DNA of 64,000 nt from Mytilus trossulus (taxonomy: Eukaryota), in the NCBI RefSeq assembly GCF_036588685.1, contig NC_086375.1, forward strand, positions 86,552,001 to 86,616,000, read 5' to 3'. Below the pieces are notes generated by a model, which searched no databases, was not told the DNA's origin, and saw only the letters and a program-made list of their open reading frames with translations. Positions within the stretch are counted from its first letter, which is position 1, and the number at the start of each line of letters is the position of its first letter. A program made the position numbers and the translations under genes. Below are positions 14,101 through 29,100 of the stretch, in pieces.

Positions 14101-17100
14101 ATAAACATGAAAAATGTTGATATGGTTTGATTGACAATGAGATAACTTTCAATCAGAAAAAAGTATGTAGAAGTTAGCAACTATTGGCATACTCACAAAA
14201 AATTGGTTTGCAATAGAAAAGTGTTTTGTCAGGTTATTGTCTCTTTGACAATTCAATTCAGTATCTTATGAAGCTAATACTCTGTTGATGGAGTAGACAG
14301 AAAAATTCACAAAATGGAGGAGAAGTACAAAAGGAAGTCTTACTAAAATGGCATAACATTTAAAATGCTTGAAAAAAATAATTCTAAATACAATTTATTA
14401 TTGAGTCTGTAAGAAAACAGTATAACTAGTTATTTCTTGTTAGATTTGCAAGTCTCTATGAAATCTTAATGTATAAATATGTTTTACAGGCTTGTTAGAG
14501 GAATTGAACGAAATGAACAAGAAATTAGAAAGTATTCAGAAATCACTTGAAGCCTATCTGGAAACAAAGCGTGGAGTTTTCCCCAGATTTTACTTTATAT
14601 CAAATGATGACTTGCTGGAGATACTTGGACAGTCTAAGACACCAAACTCTGTACAGCCTCACTTGAAGAAATTGTTTGATAATATCAGTTTTCTGGACAT
14701 GAAAAAAGAGGCAATATATCAGTTCATTATTTATGAGAAAAGAACACTATTGTATTGTATGGAAAGAAAGTATTTTGATGTATAAATTCATGACACAATA
14801 TCCCTTAAAAATAAATAACAAAAACAAAAACAAAAAAACATTGATTGTACAAAAAATGTATTGCTATTCTTTATTTCAAAACCAGCTTTAGATCTTATAG
14901 TAAAGGTGACAACTTTAAAACCAAACTGGAACACTGGAAAAGGAAGGATATTATTTATCAATATTCTTGACACACAATCACTTCATATACTCGACAAAAA
15001 CATTTGGCAAAACCATGAAATCTAATATCCCTTGAAAATACAAATTTCCACAATCCAAAAAATTAGTACTCACAAAAATAAAGGAATCCACAGGTAACAA
15101 AACTGTAAGAAGTTTTTATTGATCTGTTATATCTTATATAGAACTGATAATTGATGTTTCAGGGAAAACATATAAAGGCCATATCAATGAACTCAGAAGA
15201 TGGAGAGAAAGTAGAGTTTATCAATACTGGGGTGTTTCTAGATGGCCAAGTGGAGGTAGGTATACAGGGAAAAATTGAGAAAAATCGATCTTGAGTTGCA
15301 TAGTTTCAGATTTTTTAATAAACAGAAGGAGAACTTGTGTATTAAAGTCAAAGCTATCCTGCGATATTCTGCTTTCATTGGAATATGACATATTTGAAAG
15401 TATCAAGCCTAAGCATAGAAGATTCTTTTAAAGAGTATTCCAGTTAAAGTAGATAGACACTGTTGAATTTGATGTTCAACTGAGAATCAAATGGCAGCCA
15501 TCATCTTGTAAGGCTTCTAAGATTAATTTGCAATTAGGAATTCATAATTAGTTGCAAAGTTTTATCTTAAATAGTAGCAAATGTATCCACTCATTCAGGA
15601 TTCATACAATATTTGCTTTGGCAAGGGAGATAAATTATGCACAACTGTTTAATTCAGGGGAGACAATTAACCACAATATACTGCAAATCAACCAAATTTT
15701 AGAATTTTATGTGAAATATCAAGAAAACAAGAATGGGGAATAACTTACATATAGCCTCCTGTAAAAGGTCATTGATCTTTAAAATGTCCTCCTAAAATAT
15801 ATAAATTTATAGATTACTTTTTTATTAAATTTTGATTGAAAGAATATAGTTACCCTTTTTAATCTATATAGTAATATCAAGTTCCTAATATATCTGATCC
15901 ATAGAACTGGCTAGGAGATGTGGAAGCAGGCATGGTTGATACATTGATGGAGAGATTGATCGCTACAAAATCTGCATTGAAGAAATCTAAGAAAGACAAA
16001 TGGCTGAAGGAACATCCTGGGCAGCTCTGTATCGTAGCTAGTCAAATACAGTGGACCAGTGATACAGAGAAAGCCCTGAAACATGTCAGGGTCAGAGGAG
16101 ACAAAAAGCCACTCAGGACAATGAAGAAAAAACAGGTAATTGATGGTAAACAGGTAAAAAAAATGTAGGGAAGGAACTTTAACCTATAAGGCTAGAGGAA
16201 ACTATGACATGAGGACTGCAAAGAAAAAAAGTTAAAATTTGTGATATATAGAATCCCTAAAATTTAACAGATCTTTAGGTCACTATAAGGTTCATGAGGA
16301 CCATGAAGAATAACAGGTAATAAACAATAGTAAATGGATTCATATAAACTGTAAGTAACAGAAATTGTTGTGTGTATGTATTATTAAGATATGACAAACA
16401 GACAAAATTAAAGAACTAGTTTGATTTCAGGAAAAGCTCCAAACAAATATACCTGTCAGATTTCATTCAGATTTCATATTATTGGGAAACTCACCAAGTG
16501 GCACTATTTGTAATTATCCCTTAATTTACAGTATATTTATATTTATTTATGGTATACCATGATTCACACTTCTCTTTCTTTTCCTCAGCTGAATTCATTG
16601 GAAAATTACTTGTAACACATCAACAGATAAACAAGATCCAGTGGTGTGTGACTTAGTGCATTTTGTACTATGAAAATATGTACATTGATTTTTTCAGGTG
16701 ACTTCATTGAACAGGTACTCAGAAATAATACGGTCAAACTTGACAAAGATGCAGAGATTGAAAGTTACAGCCCTTGTCACTATAGAAGTTCATGCTAGGG
16801 ATGTAATAGAAAAGTTAGTAAAGTCTGGATGTAATGATGAAAATGCATTTGAGTGGCTTTGTCATCTTAGATATTATATGGAGAAGGTGAGTTATATCTC
16901 ATAGACGGATGTTATATCTCCTATACTTTTAGCCTGTCTTGAGTAAGGAGCCTGTAGTCCAGTAGCTGTAGTTGTAGTTTATCGCTATAATTGTTTTGCT
17001 TTAACATTAGAAGCTAAAAATAGCATTAGAATAACTTTGTTCTTCATGGCTTGTTTGGAGCTTGATTGGAGCACTGTGTGTAAGAATTTTCCAATCTGTC

Positions 17101-20100
17101 AAACACTTACTTGTTTCAGATGCTTTGAACTACAATTCAGTTTTTGAAAAGATAACTATTGCTATTGCTAAGATTAGAAATTTGAACTAGTCCATACTTT
17201 TTGTAAGATGAGTATCAAGCTTTATATTTCTGTTATTTTATTTATATCCCTCTTGTTATTTTTATAATACAAACTTTTGTAAATAACATAGGATATGATT
17301 TCTATGGGCACAACAAATGTGCTTTGAATTATCCTTCATTCAATATGCTTAAAATCAATTGTTTCAAAGCAATGAAATAGTTTTAAAAAATGTAATAAAT
17401 GCAATAACTGCAATGAATGTAATAAATGTAATAGATGTAATAAATGTAATAATTGTAATGAAGCAATGAAGTAATTGTATTAAATGTAATAATTGTAATA
17501 AATGTAATAGATGTACTAAATGTAATAAATGCAATGAAGCAATGAAATAATTGTAATGTTATAAATGTAATAAATGTAATAAATGTTTTATTTCAGGATC
17601 AGGCAGATGATGTTTGTGTCATCAAACAGACCAATACTGATTTTAGATATGGCTGTGAATATCTTGACTCTAGACGTCTGGTCATCACACCATTGACTGA
17701 CCGTTGCTACATCACACTGACCACTGCTCTACATCTCCACAGAGGAGGCAGTCCTAAGGGTCCAGCCGGTACAGGAAAGACTGAGACTGTCAAGGATTTG
17801 GGAAAAGCCTTAGGAATGTATGTCATTGTAGTCAACTGTTCAGAAGGTCTAGATTTCAGGTCCATGGGAAGAATGTTCTCAGGTTTGGCCCAGGTATGTA
17901 GTAAATGTTGATTTAATACTTGACATATGAACCAAAATATATTCATGATAGATGTTTTTTTGATTGATTAAAATTCAGATTCAGCTTGTCATTAGAATAT
18001 GTACAGCTTATGATATAGAATTGAAATTAAAACTTGGATTTATAAATGTGATTTATGATCAAAAGACCAAAAATATGAGATAAGTCAATGCCATCATTGG
18101 GAATGCTGCATACACTTGATGATACAAGTATTTGAAATGTGAGGTACCCTAACTAATATGATGATGATAATCCTATTGCATGTTTTGACAAAAACTTAGA
18201 CTTTATACATCAATACAGCAAATTATATCTATTTTTTATCCTTGGTAACAAAAAGTAGTTTTTATATTAACAGACTGGAGCCTGGGGATGTTTTGATGAG
18301 TTCAACCGTATCAATATAGAAGTGCTGTCTGTGGTTGCTCAACAGATACTGTCAATACTCAGTGCTCTATCATCAAGGGCAAAAAGATTTACATTTGAAA
18401 GAAGGGAAATAACCCTCATACCAACTTGTGGGATATTTATCACAATGAATCCAGGTTAGAGTTTTTCTTTAATATTCAGTATAAATTGTTGATTCAATAC
18501 ATTAAATGGCAAAGCAATATCAACTAACTAAACTCAAGGAGGTTAAACATTGTTAAACTGAAAAATATTGTTTTTCTTTCTTACATTTTATTGAAAAGTA
18601 AACACATATAACAAGAAAATTTAACATATAAGTTTGCACACCATAAGAGACAATATAAGCATTTCAGACTGTAATGGAATTGCATTGATTCACATTTTAC
18701 AAAAAAACATTGAAAATTAAATTTATTTGCAAGAGCTTTGTCTAGAATGAAAATTTTATACCCTAACTTGCAGGGCAATATTGTCATCTAGCTAGTCCTT
18801 CATCCATCTGTTTGTCCAACAAAAATGCCTTCACACTTTTCTCAGGAACTACAAAACATAATGACTTCATATATGGCCAGAAATTTGACAATGGCAAGTT
18901 TTGACACATCAGCATTTTTCAGATATATCAGATACCCACTTCCTTTTTTCCATACTATGAATCTTTCATTGATATGAATGATTTTAATATTATAGCTATG
19001 GTCCTATTTCAGGTACAGAATTTAGGGGAAGGATTGAGATTTCAGACATTTTAATTCTATATTTAACACTTTGCTATATTCTTATTTCTGTGACCTGGTA
19101 TGCATAAAATTGAGAATGGAAATGGGAAATATGTCAAAGAGACAACAACCCGACCATAGAAAAAAATAACAGCAGAAGGTCACTAACAGGTCTTCAATGT
19201 AGCGAGAAATTCTCGCACCCGGAGGCATCCTTCAGCTTGCCCCTAAACAAATATATACTAGATCAGTGATAATGAACTAGTATATATTCAGCTTCCATCA
19301 ATCTTAAGTTTTTGTTTTGACACTTCAATGCTATATCCTAATTTCTGTTTCAGGGTATGCTGGAAGGACCGAGCTTCCAGACAATCTCAAGTCTATGTTT
19401 AGACCTATAGCAATGGTCTCCTTTCTATTACAGGTTATGCTGGAAGGACAGAGCTTCCAGACAATCTCAAGTCTATGTTCAGACCTATAGCTATGGTTTC
19501 ACCAGACTCAACACTGATAGCAGAAATCATTCTGTTTGGTGAGGGTTTTAATAACTGTAAAGGACTGGCCAGGAAAACACACACACTCTACTCTCTAGCA
19601 GAACAACAACTCTCTAAACAGGATCATTATGACTTTGGATTGAGAGCTTTGGTGTCTGTACTCAGATATGCTGGCCCAAAACGAAGGACTTCTCCTAACT
19701 TATCTGATGAAGAGGTCTGTATAGCTATTTTTGATCTATGAAAATTAACACTTTTAATCAAAAACTTGAAATTGAGGAAATTATTTTTTCTTCATAGAAT
19801 CAAAGAAGAATATGTTGTTGTGTTTTGATTATGAATGGGTACTCATATTGTAACAAATATACTGTGAAAATAAACCTAACTTATTATAGCTGACTATCTA
19901 ACATGGGTTTTGATCATCGTTGAAGGCATTACACTGACCTTCAGTTGTGAATTTCTTTGTCATTTGGTCTCTAGTGGAGTTTCGTCTCATTTGCAATCAT
20001 TATAGTCCTAACTAAGTACAGACACTTAAATTGGTGGCCAGTTAAACCAGTTTATACAGTTCTATGTTTCTTTGTATAAAGGGCACAAATTAGACATGGC

Positions 20101-23100
20101 TGTGCCTCATGCATCCTACAATGAATTCAGCAAAGCTAACCATCTCAACTTACCTACCATTGTCACATGTGGTGTTGTGTAATTACATGTGTATATATTT
20201 ATAGGTGTTAATTTTGTCCATGAAAGATATGAATTCAGCAAAGCTAACCGTCTCAACTGACCTACCATTGTCACATGTGGTGTTGTGTAATTACATGTGT
20301 ATATATTTATAGGTGTTAATTTTGTCCATGAAGGATATGAATGCAGCAAAGCTAACATCAGCTGACCTACCATTGTCACACCTGGTGTTGTGTAATTACA
20401 TGTGTATATATTTATAGGTGTTAATTTTGTCCATGAAGGATATGAATGCAGCAAAGCTAACATCAGCTGACCTACCATTGTCACACCTGGTGTTGTGTAA
20501 TTACATGTGTATATATTTATAGGTGTTAATTTTGTCCATGAAGGATATGAATGCAGCAAAGCTAACATCAGCTGACCTACCATTGTCACACCTGGTGTTG
20601 TGTAATTACATGTGTATATATTTATAGGTGTTAATTTTGTCCATGAAGGATATGAATGCAGCAAAGCTAACATCAGCTGACCTACCATTGTCACACCTGG
20701 TGTTGTGTAATTACATGTGTATATATTTATAGGTGTTAATTTTGTCCATGAAGGATATGAATGCAGCAAAGCTAACATCAGCTGACCTACCATTGTCACA
20801 CCTGGTGTTGTGTAATTACATGTGTATATATTTATAGGTGTTAATTTTGTCCATGAAGGATATGAATGCAGCAAAGCTAACATCAGCTGACCTACCATTG
20901 TCACACCTGGTGTTGTGTAATTACATGTGTATATATTTATAGGTGTTAATTTTGTCCATGAAGGATATGAATGCAGCAAAGCTAACATCAGCTGACCTAC
21001 CATTGTCACACCTGGTGTTGTGTAATTACATGTGTATATATTTATAGGTGTTAATTTTGTCCATGAAGGATATGAATGCAGCAAAGCTAACATCAGCTGA
21101 CCTACCATTGTCACACCTGGTGTTGTGTAATTACATGTGTATATATTTATAGGTGTTAATTTTGTCCATGAAGGATATGAATGCAGCAAAGCTAACATCA
21201 GCTGACCTACCATTGTCACACCTGGTGTTGTGTAATTACATGTGTATATATTTATAGGTGTTAATTTTGTCCATGAAAGATATGAATTCAGCAAAGCTAA
21301 CCGTCTCAACTGACCTACCATTGTCACATGTGGTGTTGTGTAATTACATGTGTATATATTTATAGGTGTTAATTTTGTCCATGAAGGATATGAATGCAGC
21401 AAAGCTAACATCAGCTGACCTACCATTGTCACACCTGGTGTTGTGTAATTACATGTGTATATATTTATAGGTGTTAATTTTGTCCATGAAGGATATGAAT
21501 GCAGCAAAGCTAACATCAGCTGACCTACCATTGTCACACCTGGTGTTGTGTAATTACATGTGTATATATTTATAGGTGTTAATTTTGTCCATGAAGGATA
21601 TGAATGCAGCAAAGCTAACATCAGCTGACCTACCATTGTCACACCTGGTGTTGTGTAATTACATGTGTATATATTTATAGGTGTTAATTTTGTCCATGAA
21701 GGATATGAATGCAGCAAAGCTAACATCAGCTGACCTACCATTGTCACACCTGGTGTTGTGTAATTACATGTGTATATATTTATAGGTGTTAATTTTGTCC
21801 ATGAAGGATATGAATGCAGCAAAGCTAACATCAGCTGACCTACCATTGTCACACCTGGTGTTGTGTAATTACATGTGTATATATTTATAGGTGTTAATTT
21901 TGTCCATGAAGGATATGAATGCAGCAAAGCTAACATCAGCTGACCTACCATTGTCACACCTGGTGTTGTGTAATTACATGTGTATATATTTATAGGTGTT
22001 AATTTTGTCCATGAAGGATATGAATGCAGCAAAGCTAACATCAGCTGACCTACCATTGTCACACCTGGTGTTGTGTAATTACATGTGTATATATTTATAG
22101 GTGTTAATTTTGTCCATGAAGGATATGAATGCAGCAAAGCTAACATCAGCTGACCTAACATTGTTTAATGGAATTATATCAGATCTTTTCCCTGGAATAG
22201 AAATGCCAACTGTGGAACATACTATAGTAAGTATTTTAAATGTTCTTGTCTTTTTTTTTAAATTTTTATTTAATTTTGTGTTTGTATAAACCAAGACGTT
22301 TAACTGTGTTGAACAAATGTTTGTTTTAGTAATTTATATGTAGAAACGTATAGAGTCAGAAAGGGTACATGTGTAAAGTTCAAGTTTATTATTTTGAACA
22401 TAAAACTGAAAGTATTTCTGATCAAAACTAACGATTCCTGTACCTTAAGGTATGATGCTTTCATATTACAATTGATACTTTATGCACATTCATGTTCAAA
22501 TTTAACAAAAGTAATTAACATAAAAACTTCTCCAGCAGCCTTATAAAGCTTGGTCTTATTGTGTCACTACACAAGTTTTACAGTCAGTCAGTCACCATCA
22601 TGAAATTGTTGATAAGTCTGCATATCAGCTAGAGAGAAACATGTTCTCAAAGATATAGAAATAATTGTCAGATTTCAATTAACCAATATTGCCTTTTCTC
22701 AATTATAATATTTTGATGTCAATTAAAGAAAACTAGCTGTAAGTTGGTGTGTAAAACTATAATTTACCTTTTTTATGCCCCATTTATGGGCATTATTTTT
22801 TCTGGTATGTGCGTCCTTCTGTCCATCTGTTCGTTAGTCTGTTTGTTAGTCTTTGCATTCGTCTGTTTGTTCGTCAGTCTGTCTGTTCGTCCCGTTTCAG
22901 CTTAATGTTTTGGTTAAAGTTTTTGGTTGAGGTAGTTTTTTATGAAGTTGAAGTCCGATCAACTTGAAACTTAAGTGAAAATGTTCCCTATCATATGATC
23001 TTTCTAATTTTAATCCCAAATTAGAGATTTTATCCCATTTTCATGGTCCACTGAACATAGAAAATGATAGTGAGGATTGGGCATCCGTGTACTTGGGACA

Positions 23101-26100
23101 CATTCTTGGTTTTTGAATGTAAAAGGTCTATGAGGTATGAAGTTTACAATATTTCAATGATGCAAATTGATTTTCTAATTCTACAGATGAAGAACGCCAT
23201 TGTAGCAGAACTGAAGAGTACACATTTGCAAGCTCATACACACTCCATTAAAAAGGCAATGCAGCTTTATGAGACTAAGTCATCTCGACATTCTGTCATG
23301 ATAGTTGGAGGAACTCAATCAGGGAAGACAACTGCATGGAAGACATTGCAGGGGGCACTCATAGCACTCTTTAAAAAGGGAGATGAAAACTTCCAAAACG
23401 TTAAGGTAATTTTAAAACTTTAGATTTAGATTTTAGAATTTTAAAAGTTTATCTCAATAATAATAATCACATTTGAAAAAGCCATACTTTAAAAGAAATT
23501 GAATTAACAGGTTAAAGGTCACAATGCTCGAAGCTAGAATTTAACATGAATGATACAATACGATAAACGCTTGATTGTCAGTTATTTTTCGGTTGAAAGT
23601 TGTAACTAAGAGTTAAATACAGAAAATACCTATGGAGAAATCAATCCAATACCTTGATGGGAGACAGGCAATACCATGGCCAAAAAGAAAAAAACCCAGC
23701 GGAAACATGAAACACTATACAGAAAACAAAAGTTTTAGCAACAATCCTATCTAAAAAAACTTAGGTGAAAGCAGGTGCTCCAGAAAGTATAATTAAAAGT
23801 GTTTTTATTTTTTTGTCAAATATTTAAATTATAAGCCTAATCAAAAAATGATTTAATTTACAAAAGCTCAAACTAAGAGCGGTGTCTTCCTCCTATTCCC
23901 ACTTTTTAAAAATACTATTCCTTCTATTCCCACTTGCAAATAACAATAGGTGTTTTGATAAATAATTTGTTTTTATAACAATCAAGGTTAATTAGAATTT
24001 TACCAAAGATTTACTTGTATTTTTTTTAAAAGCCTAACATATTTGGTACACTGTTTAGGTATTATACCTTGTTTATTAGGTCTTTCCACTTTTCTGTGGA
24101 AAGACCTATTGTTTTTCTTCTGATTATTTTTATTTATTTTTTTCTTCCGCCTAATTTTGTTCTTGCGATAAACATTTGTTTCGCAATATGTCGCTTAGAT
24201 ATTTGGTATATGATATCGAACAGTTTCTGCGCTTTTGAAATTTACCCTGCGTAAACGAATACTTTTCTTTGTAGGAGTTATCTCCCCAAACACTGTTTTC
24301 CTTGTTAGCGCATCTCCTTCGCAACCGTAAAAGATTATGAGAAATTTATTTTACAAAATTGCTCGTTATATCCTTCGCATGATTTGTCCTATTTTGACCG
24401 AAGCGATATGACCGCTCCATATGAGAGTTATTTCTCCTTATGCATCTGATATAAGTGATATGAATTTCTATCTTATAAATCATAAGTGATGAGACCTAGG
24501 ATCTTTTGATTTGAGGTCCTTGGTCTCAAAAAATTAAAATTAGGTCAAGGTCAAAGGTCAAGGTCATATTCTAATATTTGAATTTGGCTTATTTTCACTT
24601 ATATCCAAAGACTGTATAAGATATCAACAAATTATTTTTACTAAATTGTTAGTTGCGACATGTCGTAAGATGTAAATTTTGATTGCAAGCGTACGTTGAA
24701 TGTAAAAGGGAGTTTTCTCCCCTCTTGTATTTAAAAATACGCGTTTGGTGATATAACTCATTAACTAAATATAATAAAGACCTATGGTCTTTTGATTTGA
24801 GGTCCTTGGTTTATGACCTTGAAATTGATCTCAAGGTCATAGCTTAATTAGACGTTCTAGATTTTGACCTTTGCTTTTATTCTATATGTATACATGATAA
24901 AGATATACAACTTTTAGAAAAAGGTATCAAACCATTTAACCTTGTAAAAAACAACCAGAAGTGACCTTTTGTAAACCGGAAATAGCTATTTTTTTGTACT
25001 TTATTAATATAAAAGTTTATAGAACCAGATATTTTTGGAATCAGTGTCAAGTAAATATTCAAATATAATCGGAAGTAACATTTTTCAAACCGGAAGTAAC
25101 AAATTATCTCCCTTATTTAAAAAAAATGTATGGAAACAATATATTTTTGGAATCAGCTTACTAGGAGCTATCATTTGACGATTGAAATGACATTTTAAAC
25201 TTAGTTTCACAACTTTTCATATCAAAATACTCTGAACAATTGGTTTTTAATTTGTAATATGTTTCTTTTTTCATCATAGATATACTTAAAAATAATTATG
25301 ATAAATAGATTGGAGTTAGATTTATTTTTAATTTTTTGAATTTGTACTAAGAAATAAAGATAAATTATGATAGAAGATTGTTGTTATGAATGTTTTATTT
25401 CCGGGAAGACTATCTAATGCGACTATTTTCTGTCTATAGAATTATTTTTAAAAATTTTGAATTTGTACTTAAAAATAAAGAAAAATTATGATAAATAGAT
25501 TGGAGTCGGATTAATTTTAAAATATTTGAATTTGTAACCTTAAAAAATTGTCTGAGCACTTTTCCATCTTGCAAGAACACAATGTACAACAAACGCAAGA
25601 AGAACCTTCCATTTTACCAAAACTGATCAAATCAATCATGCTAACAGAAGACAACACAGTAGGGCGTATGCTCATTTTCAGTACGCAAAAGAATCTAACA
25701 CACTTATCAGCTGCAGATATAATGCATGGTAATCCACTCGTACCCAGTTTATTTCCAGCCAAGAGTGAACTAGTATATACAAGTTTCCTGACTTTACTTA
25801 AAGATCTCTGCCACCAGCACCAACTAAAACTTCAGCCTACCAATATCTTCCTGGACAACAAAGTCGCCATCTGAAATTCTGCCACTAGACGCAATACATC
25901 TGGAGAAAAGCACAAGAAAGTGGACTTCAGGTCCCATACAAGGATGACGACAATATTCATCAACTAGTATGCTGTGCCGCTGTACTTCCACTTATACCCT
26001 TTGCTGAGGTTGAAGGTGTGTGCTTTAATGCCCTAACAGACATAGGTCAGATTGATACAAAAATCAACTAAACAGCCTTTACAGACTATGTAACAACATA

Positions 26101-29100
26101 CTGGGTTGAACAGAACAGTCACCTTTGGAACCACTACTTAACACAAGGATCAAGGACAACAAATCATCGAGAGGGATGGCACAGCAAGCTGAAGAAACAT
26201 TCCACGCAGCCACATCCAAACATCTTTCAACAAATTAAACTTCCATAACATAAGAAAGCATTGACAATGATCCAGTATGTAGCTAGTGGGAAGAGAGTGG
26301 CCTTTTAAAAGAAGTATGTAGAAATCATCAACAGATTAGACGAACTTAAGGTTAGACACCACAACCAGAAAGTCACAACAGTAGAGTTTGGTGATGCAGC
26401 CTCCCACCTTCTTCACATGGAATAGACATTGCCATTCTCAATTTTATTTAATTGACTTGTATACAGTGATTGTCTAATGTTTGTGCTAAAATGTGCGATT
26501 TTATTTAGTGCTGTTGTATAATTTGTTCTTATATTATGCTTGCTTGAATCTTCAGTTAAATTTGTGCTATAAAAGTAATAAAAATAATTTACTTATATTT
26601 GTTTTAATTTCTTTCATATTTATTTTGTTTAAAAAAACAGAATTCATAGATGCAAAAATAACTTATTACCTGTTCTAATAAAAAAAGACACTGGTCAATT
26701 AACAGTTGATTAAAAATGTTTGTACAGTATAATCCTTTGTTTGCACAAGTTTTCCTCCTATTCCCACATGATGTTTTACCTTTTCTTACCAGATTTATAA
26801 AAAGTGGGAATAGAGGGAATAAAGATTTTGTATATTTGCAGGTATTTCCCCTGAATGCCAAGGCTTTATCTCTGGGAGAACTGTATGGAGAGTTTGAGTT
26901 TAGTACTAATGATTGGACTGATGGAATATTATCTAGTATCATGAGAAATGCTTGTACTGGTATGTATCATTGAACCAAAACAAGGTATCTCAGACTTCAT
27001 TCTACATGATATCTTATTACACTCAACATTATGAAGCTTTGTCAAATTATAAAATCAGCCAATATATCAACTTAAAAAGGAAAATGATCTTTTGTTTCAT
27101 CTAACAAATTACCTTCCCAGTTATCATTGTTTAAATGTTAAAAGCTATGTAGTCCAGTATATCTAGCAAAAATTTGACCCTAGCCTTGAAGTAATTGCAA
27201 AAGAAGATTTTTACATTTTAAACTTTATACCCCAAATATACACAGAAAAAAGTCCCATAAAATCTAACTTGAGGAAAACATAAAAATCATGATTTTAAAA
27301 TTCCTATGGAGATTTGCATTGTTATGGGAGATAACTCTGCAAAAAATGCAGAAATATCAATAAAAAATATTTTTTTGTTTTAACTTTACAGTTTCTATTC
27401 AACAAAATGTATTGATTCTTGATATTTAAGACGTCTTTAGAGTATAACAAACATCTCTATAGGTGTTTTCATATCTTTTATCAAGCTACAACCTAGATTT
27501 CATAATTCATTAGTTGACCATTTATTAGATTTTTAAGCATGTCAACCTCAAATTGAATAAAGGAAATTAAGCATATATTCTTCTTTTTGTGGTTTAAAGT
27601 TTCTTTAAAAAAGGTAGATGCTGAGGAAACTTAATTTACAGATATCAACAATACCAAGTATTCACATTTTTTCCTCAAAATGGTCACAAAACCATAAATA
27701 TGCCCCCCCCCCCAAAAAATAACCCATAATACATCTGTTTTGTACATTACATGAGAAGAAGGTTATATAATATAGTCAAATACAAACTTATAACCCCCAT
27801 CAAAGTATCATATTTTACATGAATTTTAAGAAAAACAACCAAACACTGACAATAACAACAAAAAAATCGTTTTGGCAGAGTTATCTCCCCTTCCAACAAT
27901 TAAAATCCATATGGAATTAACAATTAAAAAATTGAGGTTTACTTAAGTAAGATTTTTTGGGACTTTTTCTGTGTATATTTGATGCTTATTACTATAGATT
28001 AGAACTAAAACATTTTCTGTTGCAATTAGTTTGAGGTTCAAACTTAGTTTGACTGGACTAAGGATAAAATAGGTTAAAAGATAAAATCTGATGAAAAAAA
28101 ATAAATGTATCTTCTTTTATGGTTGGTTTTATATTTTAGATAAGAAACCAGATGAGAGATGGATTTTATTTGATGGCCCAGTAGATACGCTCTGGATTGA
28201 GAGTATGAACTCTGTGATGGACGATAATAAGATTCTGACTCTGATTAATGGAGAGAGAATCTCACTTCCTGAACAAGTGTCCTTGCTGTTTGAAGTAGGA
28301 GATTTATCAGTTGCCTCCCCTGCCACTGTATCTAGATGTGGTATGGTGTATGCTGATTATGAAGACCTAAAGTGGCTGCCATATGTTGAGAGTTGGCTTC
28401 AGACTAAAAAAGAAAATGAGGTAAAAAGTTGCTGAAGTTTTGTATCATAGAAACTTTCTAAACATGAACAATAGATAATACCTTACACCATAGTTCTGAT
28501 AGATGGCAACAAACTCAGAGTTTTCTTTTTCCAAAATGAAATAAATCGATTATTTAAATTGAAGCATCAATTAACATAATCAGATCTTGATAATATGAAA
28601 TGAATTATTGTAAAGAGAGGTTGTACTACTGATGTAGAACAACAATCTCATATAACTTTTTAGAATGGGATGCCCTGTAAAAAGAGCTAAAGAAAATGTT
28701 TGATAAATACTGTATCTTAGTTATAAAATGATACAGAGTTAATTTTTAAACAGGTATTGGTTGAAGAACTAAAGAAAATGTTTGATAAATACCTGGTAAA
28801 GATTTTAACCTTCAAGAAGTACTACTGCCAGGATCTGATTTCTATTGCTCCCATGAATGGAGTTAGGTCCCTTTGTAAATTGTTTGATGCCTTAGCAACA
28901 CCGGAAAATGGTGTAGATCAAACTGACCAATCAGACGAAAGCCTTGCAAGGATAATAGAGTTATGGTTCTTGTTTTGTATGATTTGGTCAATTGGTGCCT
29001 CTGTTGATGAAGATGGAAGGAAGAGATTGGATAATTTTATTCGTGAAATTGAAGGAACTTTTCCAAATAGAGATACTATTTATGAGTATTATGTTGAGCC

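Larger units (their letters stand above)
23886..26819 (+). mobile_element. Decayed Mutator-like (MULE) DNA transposon with a nested element
   Basis: Imperfect TIRs TTCCTCCTATTCCCACTTTTTAAAAAT / ATTTATAAAAAGTGGGAATAGAGGGAA enclose a transposase remnant; no TSD recognised. Confidence 0.65.

Noticed and set aside
19354-19513. New intron created by the 80-bp exon duplication
   Set aside because: I found no GT/GC donor and AG acceptor pair between the copies that removes exactly 80 nt and preserves the conserved peptide.
20116-22161. 681-aa minus-strand ORF of 35-aa repeats
   Set aside because: It is the antisense reading of the 105/108-bp splice-acceptor array; unit length divisible by three and a chance lack of stops explain it.
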